Shown here in pieces: positions 51,617 through 63,488 of a stretch of DNA of 64,000 bases (position 1 is the stretch's first letter; each line of letters starts with the position of its first letter). The notes beneath the pieces are model-generated. The model saw only the letters and a list, made by a program, of their open reading frames with translations, ran no database searches and was not told the DNA's origin. Source of the stretch: Candidatus Omnitrophota bacterium (GTDB taxonomy: Bacteria; Omnitrophota; Gorgyraeia; 2-02-FULL-51-18). The position numbers and the translations under genes were made by a program. The stretch is from NCBI GenBank assembly GCA_016197155.1, contig JACPWF010000036.1:931-64930 (forward strand). Reading direction: 5' to 3'.

Positions 51617-53342
51617 AGACCGCTCTTCGCACGTTCCCACGCGACAGCGTTTTTCCTTTCTCATCTATCCGCGCGTTCTGATCATCGCCGTTATTTTTTC
51701 GGCGGTTTTTTTTCTTTCCCATTTCAACATCCTCGAACGTTTCGAGTGGGTCACCTATGACCTGCGCTCGATTTTAAAAGGCCCGAGGCTTCCTGATCCG
51801 CGCCTGGCGGTGATCGAAATTTCGGACGACAGCGTCGCCCGCATCGGCCGATGGCCGTGGGAGCGGGACTGGCATGCCGCCCTCATCCGGGCGTTAAAGG
51901 AAGCCGGCGCGCGCGCGATTATTTTCGATATTCTTTTCAGTGAACCCAGCGATCCGGCGAAGGATGCGGCCTTTTCTCAAGCCATTGAAGAAGCCGGGAA
52001 CGTTTACCTGGCGGAGGTTGCCGAAAGCGTCTCGCCGCCTCACTCAAAGAAGCTTCTCACGTCGATCGAGGCCTTTGCGAGCCATTCCAAGGGAGCGGGG
52101 CATATCAATCTGGAGCCCGATCGGGACGGCGTCATGCGCCGCATGCCCCTGGTGGTGGAGGCCGGAGGGAAGCGGATCCCTCAGCTGTCGCTTGCGTATT
52201 TACTGGACGAGTACGGGATTTCGGTTGATCAAATTCAATTCAACCGCGGCGAGGCCGTTCTGCCAGTTTCGGGCGGGGGGTTTCGCATTCCGCTGGATGC
52301 GAATGGAAATTTGATCATCGATTGGGCCGGACGTTGGAAAGAAACCTTCCGTCATTTTTCGTACCTCGACGTGATCGGTTCCTACGCCCGGTTCAAAAAA
52401 GGCGAAAAGCCCGCGATCCCTTTGGAGACGTTCAAGAACAAGATTTGTTTTGTGGGCACGTCCGCGGTGGGGCTTTTTGACATCCGCCCCACGCCCCTCG
52501 AGCCGGCGTATCCGGCGGTGGGCGTCAACTTGACGGTGCTCGACAATTTGCTCGGGCGCCATTTTATCCGGCATCTGTGGCCGGTTCAAAATTTTGGCAT
52601 CCTTTTTTTGGCGGCCCTCGTTCTTTTGCAAATCCTCAGCCTGAAAAATTCCCTGAAAGCCGCGCTCGCCACCGTGGGCCTGGCGCTGGGGGTTATTTTT
52701 CTGGCGTCGGCGCTTTTTATTTTTTTCGGCATCTGGGCGGATGTCATTTATCCCCTCGTTTTTATTTTCGCGGCGTATTTTGCCGTGACCCTTTACAATC
52801 AGATCTCCGTGACGATCGAGCGCACGCGGCTTTTGAAGCTGGCGACGCGCGACGCGCTCACCGGTCTTTACAACATCGGCCATTTTAAAATGCTTTTGAA
52901 GGCTGAGATGACGACGTTTGCCATGCGCCGCGAGAAAGAACTTTCGCTTCTCATGGGCGACGTCGACGACTTTAAACACACCAACGACACCTACGGCCAC
53001 CTGGCGGGGGACGCGGTGCTCCGTGCCGTGGCGTCGATCGTGAAGGGCAACTGCCGCGCGCTCGACGTGGCCGCGCGCTACGGCGGCGAGGAATTTATTT
53101 TGATGTTGCCAGGCGCCGGCGAAGAAGAGGCTTTTAAGATTGCCGAGAAGATCCGAAAGTCCGTTCAGCAAAAAGTGTTCGAGCATGAGAAGGGAAATTT
53201 TTCCACCAGCATCAGCATCGGCGTCACCCCGGTCGGCTTGTCCGATCGGGAGGTGGATGCCGTCATTGACCGCGCGGACCGCGCCTTGTACGAGGCCAAG
53301 CGTCTGGGCAAGAACAGGGTTGTTCTCCAAAAAACCCCTTGA
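51600..53342 (+). CDS. CHASE2-domain diguanylate cyclase
   Basis: GRWPWER, FDILFSEP, DRDGVMRR, TPL..PAV (CHASE2); 3 TM helices; DALTGLYN, DVDDFK..ND.YGH, RALD I-site, GGEEF. Confidence 0.92.
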   Translation: MSPKPEDRSSHVPTRQRFSFLIYPRVLIIAVIFSAVFFLSHFNILERFEWVTYDLRSILKGPRLPDPRLAVIEISDDSVARIGRWPWERDWHAALIRALKEAGARAIIFDILFSEPSDPAKDAAFSQAIEEAGNVYLAEVAESVSPPHSKKLLTSIEAFASHSKGAGHINLEPDRDGVMRRMPLVVEAGGKRIPQLSLAYLLDEYGISVDQIQFNRGEAVLPVSGGGFRIPLDANGNLIIDWAGRWKETFRHFSYLDVIGSYARFKKGEKPAIPLETFKNKICFVGTSAVGLFDIRPTPLEPAYPAVGVNLTVLDNLLGRHFIRHLWPVQNFGILFLAALVLLQILSLKNSLKAALATVGLALGVIFLASALFIFFGIWADVIYPLVFIFAAYFAVTLYNQISVTIERTRLLKLATRDALTGLYNIGHFKMLLKAEMTTFAMRREKELSLLMGDVDDFKHTNDTYGHLAGDAVLRAVASIVKGNCRALDVAARYGGEEFILMLPGAGEEEAFKIAEKIRKSVQQKVFEHEKGNFSTSISIGVTPVGLSDREVDAVIDRADRALYEAKRLGKNRVVLQKTP

Positions 53343-53368
53343 CAGGATTTTCGTCCGCGTGGTATAAA
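53339..53368 (+). promoter_or_regulatory. rRNA operon promoter
   Basis: TTGACA-18-TATAAA with TG extension; boxA-like GTTCTTTCACAA at 53484-53495. Confidence 0.65.
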
Positions 53369-53438
53369 GAGGGCCGCTTTGAGAGACTCATTGAAAAAGT
53401 TGACATAAAAATTTAGAAGACCCGTAACGGATGATAAG

Positions 53439-53464
53439 AAAAGGCATCATCTGATGCCTTTTTT
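53439..53464 (+). terminator. Terminator-like or boxB-like hairpin in rrn leader
   Basis: AAAAGGCATCA-TC-TGATGCCTTTTTT. Confidence 0.55.
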
Positions 53465-53683
53465 GTTGTCTAAAAATTTTATCGTTCTTTCACAATTGAA
53501 TAACCTGTATGATTCGCCGGAGGATGGAGAACACGTCCTTCGGTGGAAGAGTGCGGATTTTCCGTTTCTTATTTGAGCAAACGAAAAATTCCCATATTTT
53601 GGTCAGCTCAAACATTTGTCAAAGACAAATGTTTGTCCGCCATGTTTTGTGGCGGACTTCATTATCTTTGACGCCAATTATTA

Positions 53684-55042
<1,359 letters not shown>

Positions 55043-55050
55043 AGGAGTAT

Positions 55051-55108
55051 TCTGCTTCGCCACGTCCCTGCCTGCCGGCAGGCAGGCTTAACGGCGTGGC
55101 TTCGCAGA
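55051..55108. repeat. Composite hairpin in ITS: 20-bp palindrome (55067-55086) nested in a CGAAGC..GCGAAG-type stem
   Basis: CCTGCCTGCCGGCAGGCAGG flanked by TCTGCTTCGCCACG and CGTGGCTTCGCAGA. Confidence 0.75.
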
Positions 55109-55206
55109 AAGACGATCCGAAATATGGTTTGCACTTTTTCACTTCGGACGCGCCATTTTCCGGCGGGTCATACAGTTTATTCAATTCAATCCATGCGAAC
55201 TGCCTT

Positions 55207-55279
55207 GGGCCAATAGCTCAGTTAGCAGAGCACAGTGCTGATAACGCTGGGGTCAGAGGTGCAATTCCTCTTTGGCCCA
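55207..55279 (+). tRNA. tRNA-Ile(GAT), atypical D/T loops, no encoded CCA
   Basis: GGGCCAA/TTGGCCC acceptor, CAGTG-CTGATAA-CGCTG anticodon arm, AGAGG-TGCAATT-CCTCT T arm. Confidence 0.92.
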
Positions 55280-55298
55280 CGATTTTTGTTGTCAGCCC

Positions 55299-55371
55299 GG
55301 GGACGTAGCTCAGTTGGCAGAGCGCCTGATTTGCATTCAGGAGGTTGCCGGTTCGACCCCGGCCGTCTCCA
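55299..55371 (+). tRNA. tRNA-Ala(TGC), no encoded CCA
   Basis: GGGGACG/CGTCTCC with G3:U70, anticodon loop TTTGCAT, T loop TTCGACC. Confidence 0.95.
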
Positions 55372-57498
55372 AAAAATTTTTTGTTCTTTGACAATTTCAT
55401 AGAGGGTAAGACGAACATCTTCAAGTCATACAGTCCGAAATTAACATTTCAAAATGTTAATTAGGAAAGGTGACTCGAGAAAGACATAAGGTCAAGCTAC
55501 GTAGGGTTTGTGGTGGATGACTAGGTGTCGACAGGCGATGAAGGACGCGGTAAGCGGCGATACGCTTCGGGGAGTCGCAAACAGACTTTGATCCGGAGAT
55601 TTCCGAATGGGGCAACCCCTTACGGCTCATCCCGTAAGATCATCCGCTGAATTCATAGGCGGATGAAGCGATACCCGGGGAAGTGAAACATCTCAGTACC
55701 CGGAGGAAAAGAAAACGAAGATATTCCCCCAGTAGCGGCGAGCGAAAAGGGAATAGCCCAAACCCGTTAAACTTATAGCCTGCAGGCGTTGTTTAGCGGG
55801 GGTTGCGGGGCGTTACCGGACTTCTCTGCATAGAAGTCGCTCTGTTACAAAGTTGCTGCATAATCGAGCGCGTTGGAAAACGCGACTACAAAAGGTGATA
55901 GTCCTGTAGATGAAATGCACGCGACCAGAGCGGGTGACGATCCCAATTACTACCCGACACGGGAAACCGGGTAGGAATTCGGCCGGACCACCGGCCAAGG
56001 CTAAATACTCGTTGGCAACCGATAGTGAACCAGTACCGTGAGGGAAAGTTGAAAAGAACCCAGGAATGGGAGTGAAATAGTACCTGAAACCGCAAACTTG
56101 CAAGCTGTGGGAGCCCTATATACGAAGCGCAAGCGTCGTAAATGGGTGACCGCGTGCCTTTTGCATAATGATCCGGCGAGTCAATCTTTGATGCGAGGTT
56201 AAGGACAACGTGTCCGGAGCCGAAGCGAAAGCGAGTCCTAACTAGGGCGATTTAGTATCAGGGATTGGACCCGAAGCTGAGTGATCTACCCATGGCCAGA
56301 GTGAAGCCTGAGTAAAATCAGGTGGAGGCTCGAACGGGTGACTGTTGAAAAAGTCTCCGATGAGCTGTGGGTCGGAGTGAAAGGCTAATCAAACTCAGTA
56401 ATAGCTGGTTCTCCTCGAAATATCTTTAGGGATAGGCTCGTAACATTGAATACCGGGGGTAGAGTACTCAATGGGCTAGGGACCTCACCAGGTTACCGAA
56501 CCCAATGAAACTCCGAATACCGGTATTTTTACTACGGGGCTCAGAACGCCAGGGCTAAGCTTGGCGCTCAAAAGGGAAAAAGCCCAGACCGCCAGATAAG
56601 GTCCCTAATATTCGCTAAGTGGTAAAGGATGTGAGACCGCGTTAACAACCAGGATGTTGGCTTAGAGGCAGCCATCATTTAAAGAGTGCGTAACAGCTCA
56701 CTGGTCGATTGTGGTCTTGCGCCGACAATGATCGGGGCTCAAGCGAATAACCGAATCTGCGGATTCATTTTGTCTTCGGACAGAGTGAGTGGTAGGGGAG
56801 CGTTCCACAATAGGCTGAAGGCATACCGTAAGGAGTGCTGGACGAAGTGGAAGTGATTATGCCGGAATGAGTAGCGAAAAAACACGTGGAAAACGTGTTC
56901 GCCGAAAGTCTAAGGTTTCCTGGGGAAGGTTAATCCACCCAGGGTTAGTCGATCCTAAGCTGAGGCCGAAAGGCGTAAGTGATGGACAATGCGTTAATAT
57001 TCGCATACCACCTATTTTGCGTTACCAACTGGTCAGGGACGCAGGAGGCTAAGCAATCAGGCTGTTGGATGTGCCTGTTTGGATCCGTACCCGTGCCCGC
57101 GAGGGCATGGAGAGGGATTCGAGGAGTCAAAGCTACGGCTGAGATAAACTTGCTGACGCCACACTGTCGAGAAAATCTGATCGTGTGAGTGAGATAGGTG
57201 ATCGTACCGCAAACCGACACAGGTAGACGAGGATAAATGTCCTCAGGCGCTCGAGAGAACCGTTCTTAAGGAACTCTGCAATCTAGCCCCGTAACTTCGG
57301 AATAAGGGGTGCCTTATTTTGTGGTGCGCCATACGGCGCATTGCATCGTAAGGTCGCAGTGAAATGGGCGCCGCGACTGTTTAGCAAAAACTCATCTCTC
57401 TGCAAAGTCGCATCATAAGACGACGTATAGGGAGTGACACCTGCCCGGTACTGGAAGGTTAAAGAGAGGGGTTATCCGTAAGGAGAAGCTCCGAACCG

Positions 57499-57810
<312 letters not shown>

Positions 57811-57824
57811 AACGGTCCTAAGGT

Positions 57825-58491
57825 TAGTAACGCTAGCCTGCTTCGATGGTAACATCGAAGGTAATATTCAACTATATGCGGGAAACTCTTCAAAAGATGC
57901 TGGTACTCGTTGATCTTCGGATGCAACAGTAAAAAACCAACATACAAGGAGACAATCCGCAGGGAAGGCATAGAAAACTATGAACCCTCAGAGACTACAA
58001 GTTGAATATCCGGAAAGTCACGAGACTTTATTGAGTCCGGATTGGTTGGTGGGTTTCGTGGATGGCGAAGGTTGTTTTCACGTCGGAATAAGCAAACACA
58101 ACGAGGTCAAATTCGGTTACCAGATTTTGCCGGAGCTGACGGTTGTTCAGCATCAAAGTGATATCGCTCTTCTTCATCGAATACGCACATTTATGCAGTG
58201 CGGCGTGGTGAGAAGAAATCATGGAGATCGCTATTGCTGGCGAGTTCGAGATTTAAAAAATCTCACTCAGATTATTCTGCCGTTTTTTCAAAAGCATCCT
58301 TTGAGGTCCAAGAAAAACATCGAATTCGAAAAGTTCGCTGATGTCGTTCGCCGAATGCAAAAAGGTGAACATTTAACAGCGGACGGATTTAATAAAATTG
58401 TGACTCTCGCTTCAAGCATGAATAAAAAACATGATAGGAGCGAACGGATAAAGATAGAGTCCGAACCGTGATGAAACTCATGGATAATTCG
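57825..58491 (+). mobile_element. Group I intron at 23S L1931 with homing endonuclease, 667 nt
   Basis: Interrupts TAAGGT|AGCGAAA; P1 AGGT/GCCT; ATGCGGGAA, AATCCGCAGG, CAGAGACTAC, AAGATAGAGTCC; terminal G. Confidence 0.93.
57980..58471 (+). CDS. Single-motif LAGLIDADG homing endonuclease
   Basis: WLVGFVDGEGCF, ILPFFQKHPLRSKK, KGEHLT; start may be TTG 58031. Confidence 0.93.
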   Translation: MNPQRLQVEYPESHETLLSPDWLVGFVDGEGCFHVGISKHNEVKFGYQILPELTVVQHQSDIALLHRIRTFMQCGVVRRNHGDRYCWRVRDLKNLTQIILPFFQKHPLRSKKNIEFEKFADVVRRMQKGEHLTADGFNKIVTLASSMNKKHDRSERIKIESEP

Positions 58492-58541
<50 letters not shown>

Positions 58542-59048
58542 TGGTGCCGCTGTCTCAAGAACGGACTCGGTGAAATTGTAGCGGCGGTGAAGATGCCGTC
58601 TACCCGCAGCTAGACGAAAAGACCCCGGAACCTTTACTGTACTCTGGTATCGATCTTTGGTCCGCTATGTGTAGGATAGTTGGGAGGCTTTGAGGCCCTG
58701 CCGCTAGGTAGGGCGGAGCCAACGTTGAAATACCAACCTTAGTATACTAGGGATCTAACCCCAGACTCTAAATCGAGTTGGGGGACTGTGCCAGACGGGC
58801 AGTTTGACTGGGGCGGTTTCCTCCTAAAGAGTAACGGAGGAGTGCAAAGGTTCCTTCAGTGCGGTTGGCAATCGCACGCTGAGTGTAATAGCATAAAGGA
58901 GCTTAACTGCGAGACTCACAAGTCGAGCAGGTAGGAAACTAGGCTATAATGATCCGGCGCTTTCTAGTGGTAGAGGCGTCGCTCAACGGATAATAGGTAC
59001 TCCGGGGATAACAGGCTTATCGGGTCCAAGAGTTCATATCGACGACCC

Positions 59049-59086
<38 letters not shown>

Positions 59087-59164
59087 GTGGAGAAGCTCCC
59101 AAGGGTCCGTCTGTTCGCCGGTTAAAGTGGTACGTGAGCTGGGTTCAGAACGTCGTGAGACAGT

Positions 59165-59915
59165 AAAAAGACTAAAAAGTCACCTTGCTGTCATAAAATC
59201 TAGCTATATGCTGGAAAATCCCGTGTATCCCACACTACTCGCCGCGGGCGAGTGAAAATGTGTTGGGTGGGGACAATCAGCAGGAAAGGTTGAGAAAGTG
59301 GACGCTTCCTACATCGTAGGTTTTGTCGATGGTGAGGGTAGCTTTCATGTTGCTTTTCAAAAACGTCCTGAGTTGAAATTTGGATGGCAGGCCATCCCGG
59401 AATTTCATATCAGTCAGAATTTCACGAGTCGTGAAGTTTTGGAGGAGATTAAAAATTTCTTCGGATGTGGTTACATCAAAGCAAATGATGCTCCCGGAAA
59501 ACGCGATAAAACACTGGTGTATGTCGTTCGGGATCGAAATGATCTTCAGAACAAAGTCGTTCCATTTTTTCGGAAATTTCCATTACACACCGCAAAGCGC
59601 GGTGATTTTGAAATTTTCCAAGAGATAGTCCAAATGATGACAATGGATCGGCATTTGACTTCATTGGGGTTTCAAAAAATAGTTCGATTGGCATTCAGAA
59701 TGAATGCGAATGGAAAATACCGGAAGTTAAATATCAATTCGATATTGACGCCCAACATCCTCAGAGACTATACGCTGGATGCCCAAGTAATTGGGTAAAG
59801 ATATAGTCCGATCTTCGTGGCGACATGAAGACTCACGGAGAAATTTGTGAGCGCCCACCAAAGATCTGTGGCGGGTTAGTATTCGTAGAATATTTACGAA
59901 GAAGTAACATAAATG
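59165..59915 (+). mobile_element. Group I intron at 23S L2604 with homing endonuclease, 751 nt
   Basis: Interrupts GAGACAGT|TCGGTC; P1 GACAGT/GCTGTC; ATGCTGGAA, AATCAGCAGG, CAGAGACTA, AAGATATAGTCC; terminal G. Confidence 0.92.
59298..59798 (+). CDS. Single-motif LAGLIDADG homing endonuclease
   Basis: YIVGFVDGEGSF, FFGCGYI, VPFFRKFPLHTAK.DF, HLT; GTG start. Confidence 0.93.
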   Translation: MDASYIVGFVDGEGSFHVAFQKRPELKFGWQAIPEFHISQNFTSREVLEEIKNFFGCGYIKANDAPGKRDKTLVYVVRDRNDLQNKVVPFFRKFPLHTAKRGDFEIFQEIVQMMTMDRHLTSLGFQKIVRLAFRMNANGKYRKLNINSILTPNILRDYTLDAQVIG

Positions 59916-60278
59916 TCGGTCTCTATCTGCTGCGGGCGCAGGATATTTGAAAGGATCATTCTCTAGTACGAGAGGACCGAGAATGACGAACCTCTGGTGT
60001 TCCAGCCGTGCCGCCAGGTGCGAGAGCTGGGTAGCTATGTTCGGAAAGGATAAGCACTGAAAGCATCTAAGTGCCAAGCCCCCCTTGAGATAAGATATCC
60101 CTGTCGCCGAAAGGCGACCTAAAGACCCCACGTAGATCACGTGGTTGATAGGCCAGGTGTGTAAGAGCCGCAAGGCTTTCAGCTTACTGGTACTAATTGG
60201 TCGTGAGGCTTGACCTACAATATTTGTAGGAACAAATCCGTCTTTCACTCTATGAAATTGTCAAAGCACAAACAAGCT

Positions 60279-60396
60279 TGCTGGTGACCATAGCGGAGGG
60301 GTCACACCCGTTCCCATTCCGAATACGGCAGTTAAGCCCTCCAGCGCCGATGGTACTTGTGGGGCAACTCACTGGGAGAGTAGGTCGTCGCCGGCA
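60279..60396 (+). rRNA. rrf: 5S rRNA
   Basis: TGCTGGTGAC..GTCGCCGGCA terminal helix; CACCCGTTCCCATTCCGAA, GCCGATGGTA, GAGAGTAGG. Confidence 0.95.
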
Positions 60397-60412
60397 TTTT
60401 TTAAAAAAAGAG

Positions 60413-60447
60413 AGAGGACTGGCTCACAAGGCCTGTCCTCTTTTTTT
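60413..60447 (+). terminator. Intrinsic terminator of rrn operon
   Basis: AGAGGAC..GTCCTCT stem followed by a T-run, A-run upstream. Confidence 0.75.
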
Positions 60448-60497
60448 GTTTTGAAGCGGCTGATTGACAAAGCGCCCGCGACACGGGATAATGACGC

Positions 60498-60929
60498 GTG
60501 ATGGAATGGCTGAACATTGATTTTTGGTTGAAGGTGGCGCTCTGCATCGTGTGCGGCACGGCCGTGGGGCTTGAACGCCAGCTTCAGAGAAAGCCCACCG
60601 ACATCCGGACCTGTGTGCTCATCTGCCTGGGGACGATGACCTTCGTTTATCTGGGGACGCTCCTGGCGGGAAACCAGGATCCCACTCGCGTGCTGGGGCA
60701 GGTCGTGACGGGCATCGGTTTCCTGGGCGCGGGCGCGATCTTTAACCGCGAGGGACTCGTCGTCGGCCTCACCTCGGCGTCCGTCGTCTGGATGCTCGCG
60801 GCCATCGGAGCCGCCGTCGGGCTTGACCGATTCGGGATCGGCATCACGCTGACGCTCGTCACTCTTTTTGTTCTCATCGCCCTCCACTGGCTCGAAAATA
60901 ACGTCCTCATCCTCAAAAAGCGCGCCTAG
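60498..60929 (+). CDS. MgtC/SapB family membrane protein (short)
   Basis: GLERQ..K..IRT, DPTRVLGQVVTGIGFLGAGAI, GLTSASVVW. Confidence 0.92.
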   Translation: MMEWLNIDFWLKVALCIVCGTAVGLERQLQRKPTDIRTCVLICLGTMTFVYLGTLLAGNQDPTRVLGQVVTGIGFLGAGAIFNREGLVVGLTSASVVWMLAAIGAAVGLDRFGIGITLTLVTLFVLIALHWLENNVLILKKRA

Positions 60930-60931
60930 TT

Positions 60932-61546
60932 TTGCTCGACCTCTTTGATTCTTCGCGGAATAAAATTTTAGAAGCGGCGGCTTACGCGGAATTTAAAGCG
61001 GGGCTGGCCGCGTCCGGTTGCCAACGCTGTGCGCTGGCGAATTCACGCACGCAGATCGTCGTGGACCGCGGCAATCCCGACGCCAAGGTGGTCATGATCG
61101 GCGAGGCGCCGGGTGAAAACGAGGACCTGCAGGGCAAGGCCTTTGTCGGCCGCGCGGGCCGGCTCCTCGACGAACTTTTGAAAGAGCTGGGTTTCGACAC
61201 CAACCGCGACAGCCTCATCGTGAATGTCGTGAAATGCCGCCCGCCGGACAACCGCGCCCCCGATCCGCGGGAGGCCGAACAGTGCGCCCCCTTTTTAAAA
61301 AGACAGCTCGAGCTCGTGAAGCCGCGGATCATTCTTCTCCTGGGCGCCACCGCGCTCAGGCACCTCGTGCCGGGAAAGAAAGGATTTTCAATGCGGGAGG
61401 AGGCGGGGAAATTTTTCAGTCATCCGGAATACCCGGGCGTCGAGTTCATGGTGCTGTACCACCCGGCCTATATTTTACGCGACATGCGGAAAAAACCGGT
61501 GATGGTCGAGCATCCGAAACGCTTCAGGGAGAAATGGCTCGGCTAG
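60932..61546 (+). CDS. Family 4 uracil-DNA glycosylase
   Basis: CQRC Fe-S motif, IGEAPG..ED..G..FVGRAG, KCRPP.NR, YHPA. Confidence 0.92.
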   Translation: MLDLFDSSRNKILEAAAYAEFKAGLAASGCQRCALANSRTQIVVDRGNPDAKVVMIGEAPGENEDLQGKAFVGRAGRLLDELLKELGFDTNRDSLIVNVVKCRPPDNRAPDPREAEQCAPFLKRQLELVKPRIILLLGATALRHLVPGKKGFSMREEAGKFFSHPEYPGVEFMVLYHPAYILRDMRKKPVMVEHPKRFREKWLG

Positions 61547-61549
61547 CCG

Positions 61550-61987
61550 CTAGGCCGGCGCCGGAAAATGAGCCGCGAATTGTTCGATCCATTTCAAAGC
61601 GGCCTCTTCCTCGGAGACGTCGCGGCCCGTTTCGCGCGCGAGCGCGCGGCGGTATTCGATGATCTCGAGCGCCTGTTCGGCGAGCCTGGCCCTGAACGCG
61701 CTCGGCGGATCGACGAAGAGAATGCCGTTGCGGAACTTGCCCGTTTTCCGGTCCTCCAGCGAATAAACCACCCGGCCTTTCACGTCAAAAATTTTCTCTT
61801 TGACGGCGATGAAAAGCCGGATTGTGTTTCCTTTGGAGAGCTTGCGTTTCCACAGGAAGCTCAAGCCTCCCAGCGAAATGTCGGCGGCCTCGGAAACCCA
61901 GGGGTCGGTGCGGCTGTCGAGCTCGAGTTTGATCGGGGAGTGAATGGGATGTCTGAAAAATTTGCGTTTTTCAGAGGTCTTTGGCAT
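61550..61987 (-). CDS. PilZ-domain protein
   Basis: EKRKFFR (RxxxR) and DISLGG motifs; tail EEAALKWIEQFAAHF. Confidence 0.88.
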   Translation of the reverse strand: MPKTSEKRKFFRHPIHSPIKLELDSRTDPWVSEAADISLGGLSFLWKRKLSKGNTIRLFIAVKEKIFDVKGRVVYSLEDRKTGKFRNGILFVDPPSAFRARLAEQALEIIEYRRALARETGRDVSEEEAALKWIEQFAAHFPAPA

Positions 61988-62039
61988 GGGGCCATTATAT
62001 CAGGTTGAGGTTTCGTCAACAATTATATATAATGCGCTC

Positions 62040-62735
62040 ATGCCGCCGGCCGCTCACAGGGAAAGACATTTCGAATCCACCGCAACGGTGCGTGACATCG
62101 TCATCGGGATGGCCGACGGCCTCACCGTGCCCTTTGCGCTAGCCGCGGGCCTGTCGGGTGTCGCGGCCTCCTCCGCGATTATCGTGACGGCGGGACTGGC
62201 CGAGATCGCGGCGGGCTCCATCGCGATGGGACTCGGCGGGTATCTGGCGGCGCGCACCGACTATGAGCATTACATGACCGAGAGGGAACGCGAGGTCCGG
62301 GAGGCCCAGGAGATCCCCGACCAGGAAGCCCGGGAAGTCGCCGATATTTTTAAGACCTACGGCATGACCGATGAGCAAATCGCGCCCGTCCTTTCCTTTT
62401 TTCGCTCGAAGCCTTCGCTGTGGGTGGACTTCATGATGCGGTTTGAATTGGGACTGGAAAAACCCGATGTCATGCGGGGGCCGAAAAGCGCTTTGACGAT
62501 CGGCGCCTCTTACGCCGCCGGGGGACTCATCCCGCTTTTTCCGTACATGCTGTTTTCCGACGGTTTATCCGCGCTAAAGATCTCGGTCCTGGCGACGGTC
62601 GCGGCCCTTTTTGTGCTGGGTTATGTCAAGGGCCGTTTCACGGGGACCCGCGCGGTTCGGGCGGCCCTTCAGACGACGGCCATCGGGGCCCTGGCGGCCG
62701 CGGCGGCGTTCGGGATCGCGCGTTTAATCAGTTAA
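62040..62735 (+). CDS. VIT1/CCC1 iron/manganese transporter
   Basis: RDIVIGMADGLTVPFALAAG, AGSIAMGLGGYLA, FMMRFELG; ATG at 62040. Confidence 0.92.
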   Translation: MPPAAHRERHFESTATVRDIVIGMADGLTVPFALAAGLSGVAASSAIIVTAGLAEIAAGSIAMGLGGYLAARTDYEHYMTEREREVREAQEIPDQEAREVADIFKTYGMTDEQIAPVLSFFRSKPSLWVDFMMRFELGLEKPDVMRGPKSALTIGASYAAGGLIPLFPYMLFSDGLSALKISVLATVAALFVLGYVKGRFTGTRAVRAALQTTAIGALAAAAAFGIARLIS

Positions 62736-62763
62736 GTCATTAAAATAAAAATTAAAATAAAGC

Positions 62764-62792
62764 TTGACTGGACGCGGGGGAGATGGTAGGCT
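62764..62792 (+). promoter_or_regulatory. Sigma70 promoter with A-rich UP element, upstream of csp leader
   Basis: TTGACT-17-TAGGCT with TG extension; A-tracts at 62741-62761. Confidence 0.6.
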
Positions 62793-62851
62793 TTCGTCAG
62801 TTAGTCGTGTAGGACAGGATGGTTTTTTAGGCTTGTGCAGGAACACCGAAT

Positions 62852-62888
62852 AAACCGTGAACGACTCGTTCGCGGTTTTTTGTTTTTT
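62852..62888 (+). terminator. Terminator-like hairpin in csp leader
   Basis: AAACCGTGAACG-ACT-CGTTCGCGGTTT followed by TTTGTTTTTT. Confidence 0.7.
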
Positions 62889-63061
62889 GACGGCGAAAAA
62901 ACTCTTCCATCGAAGTCCGCCACAGAGCATCGGCGGATTCGTCCACACTGCTCCGGCGATGCTTTGTGGACGGATTCGCCGTCGCATTGTGGCGAACGCG
63001 GCGGCCCGCCAATGGGTTTGGCGGGTTTCAATTAAGCAGGTTGTAACAAAGAGGATGTCAA

Positions 63062-63268
63062 ATGGCAAGAGGCACTATCAAGTGGTTTAGCGACCAAAAG
63101 GGCTATGGATTTATCACTCCGGACGGCGGAAAAAAGGACGTTTTCGTCCACTTTTCGGCGCTCCAAGGGGAGGGATTCAAGTCCCTTCGCGAGGGTGAGA
63201 TCGTGGAATTTGAAGTCACGACCGGCCCCAAGGGCGAGCAAGCCGCGAACGTCAGAAAACTTTCATAA
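63062..63268 (+). CDS. Cold-shock protein
   Basis: GTIKWF, KGYGFI (RNP1), DVFVHF (RNP2). Confidence 0.97.
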   Translation: MARGTIKWFSDQKGYGFITPDGGKKDVFVHFSALQGEGFKSLREGEIVEFEVTTGPKGEQAANVRKLS

Positions 63269-63287
63269 GTTTTGATCTGACAACGGG

Positions 63288-63330
63288 TCCCCGTTCTTCC
63301 GATTCATCGGGAGAGCGGGGATTTTGTTTT
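63288..63330 (+). terminator. Intrinsic terminator after csp
   Basis: TCCCCGTTCTTCCGAT/ATCGGGAGAGCGGGGA stem followed by TTTTGTTTT. Confidence 0.8.
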
Positions 63331-63488
63331 CCCACGCCCTTGACAAAGACCCTCTCATCGGGTAACTTTGCCTTTTATATGAATGCGGAACGAAATCAAA
63401 GCGAAAGCCTGCTGATAAAATCAGCAGGCATTTTTAGTTTGATGGGATATTCATTTAGAAAACCCTTTAAAAAGGGAAGGAGAGTCCG

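Noticed and set aside
62900-63030. CRISPR array
   Set aside because: The hairpins are not identical direct repeats with regular spacers; no cas genes.
63375-63435. c-di-GMP-I riboswitch (GCGAAAGCC resemblance)
   Set aside because: The GGCAAAC/GAAA tetraloop-receptor architecture could not be built.
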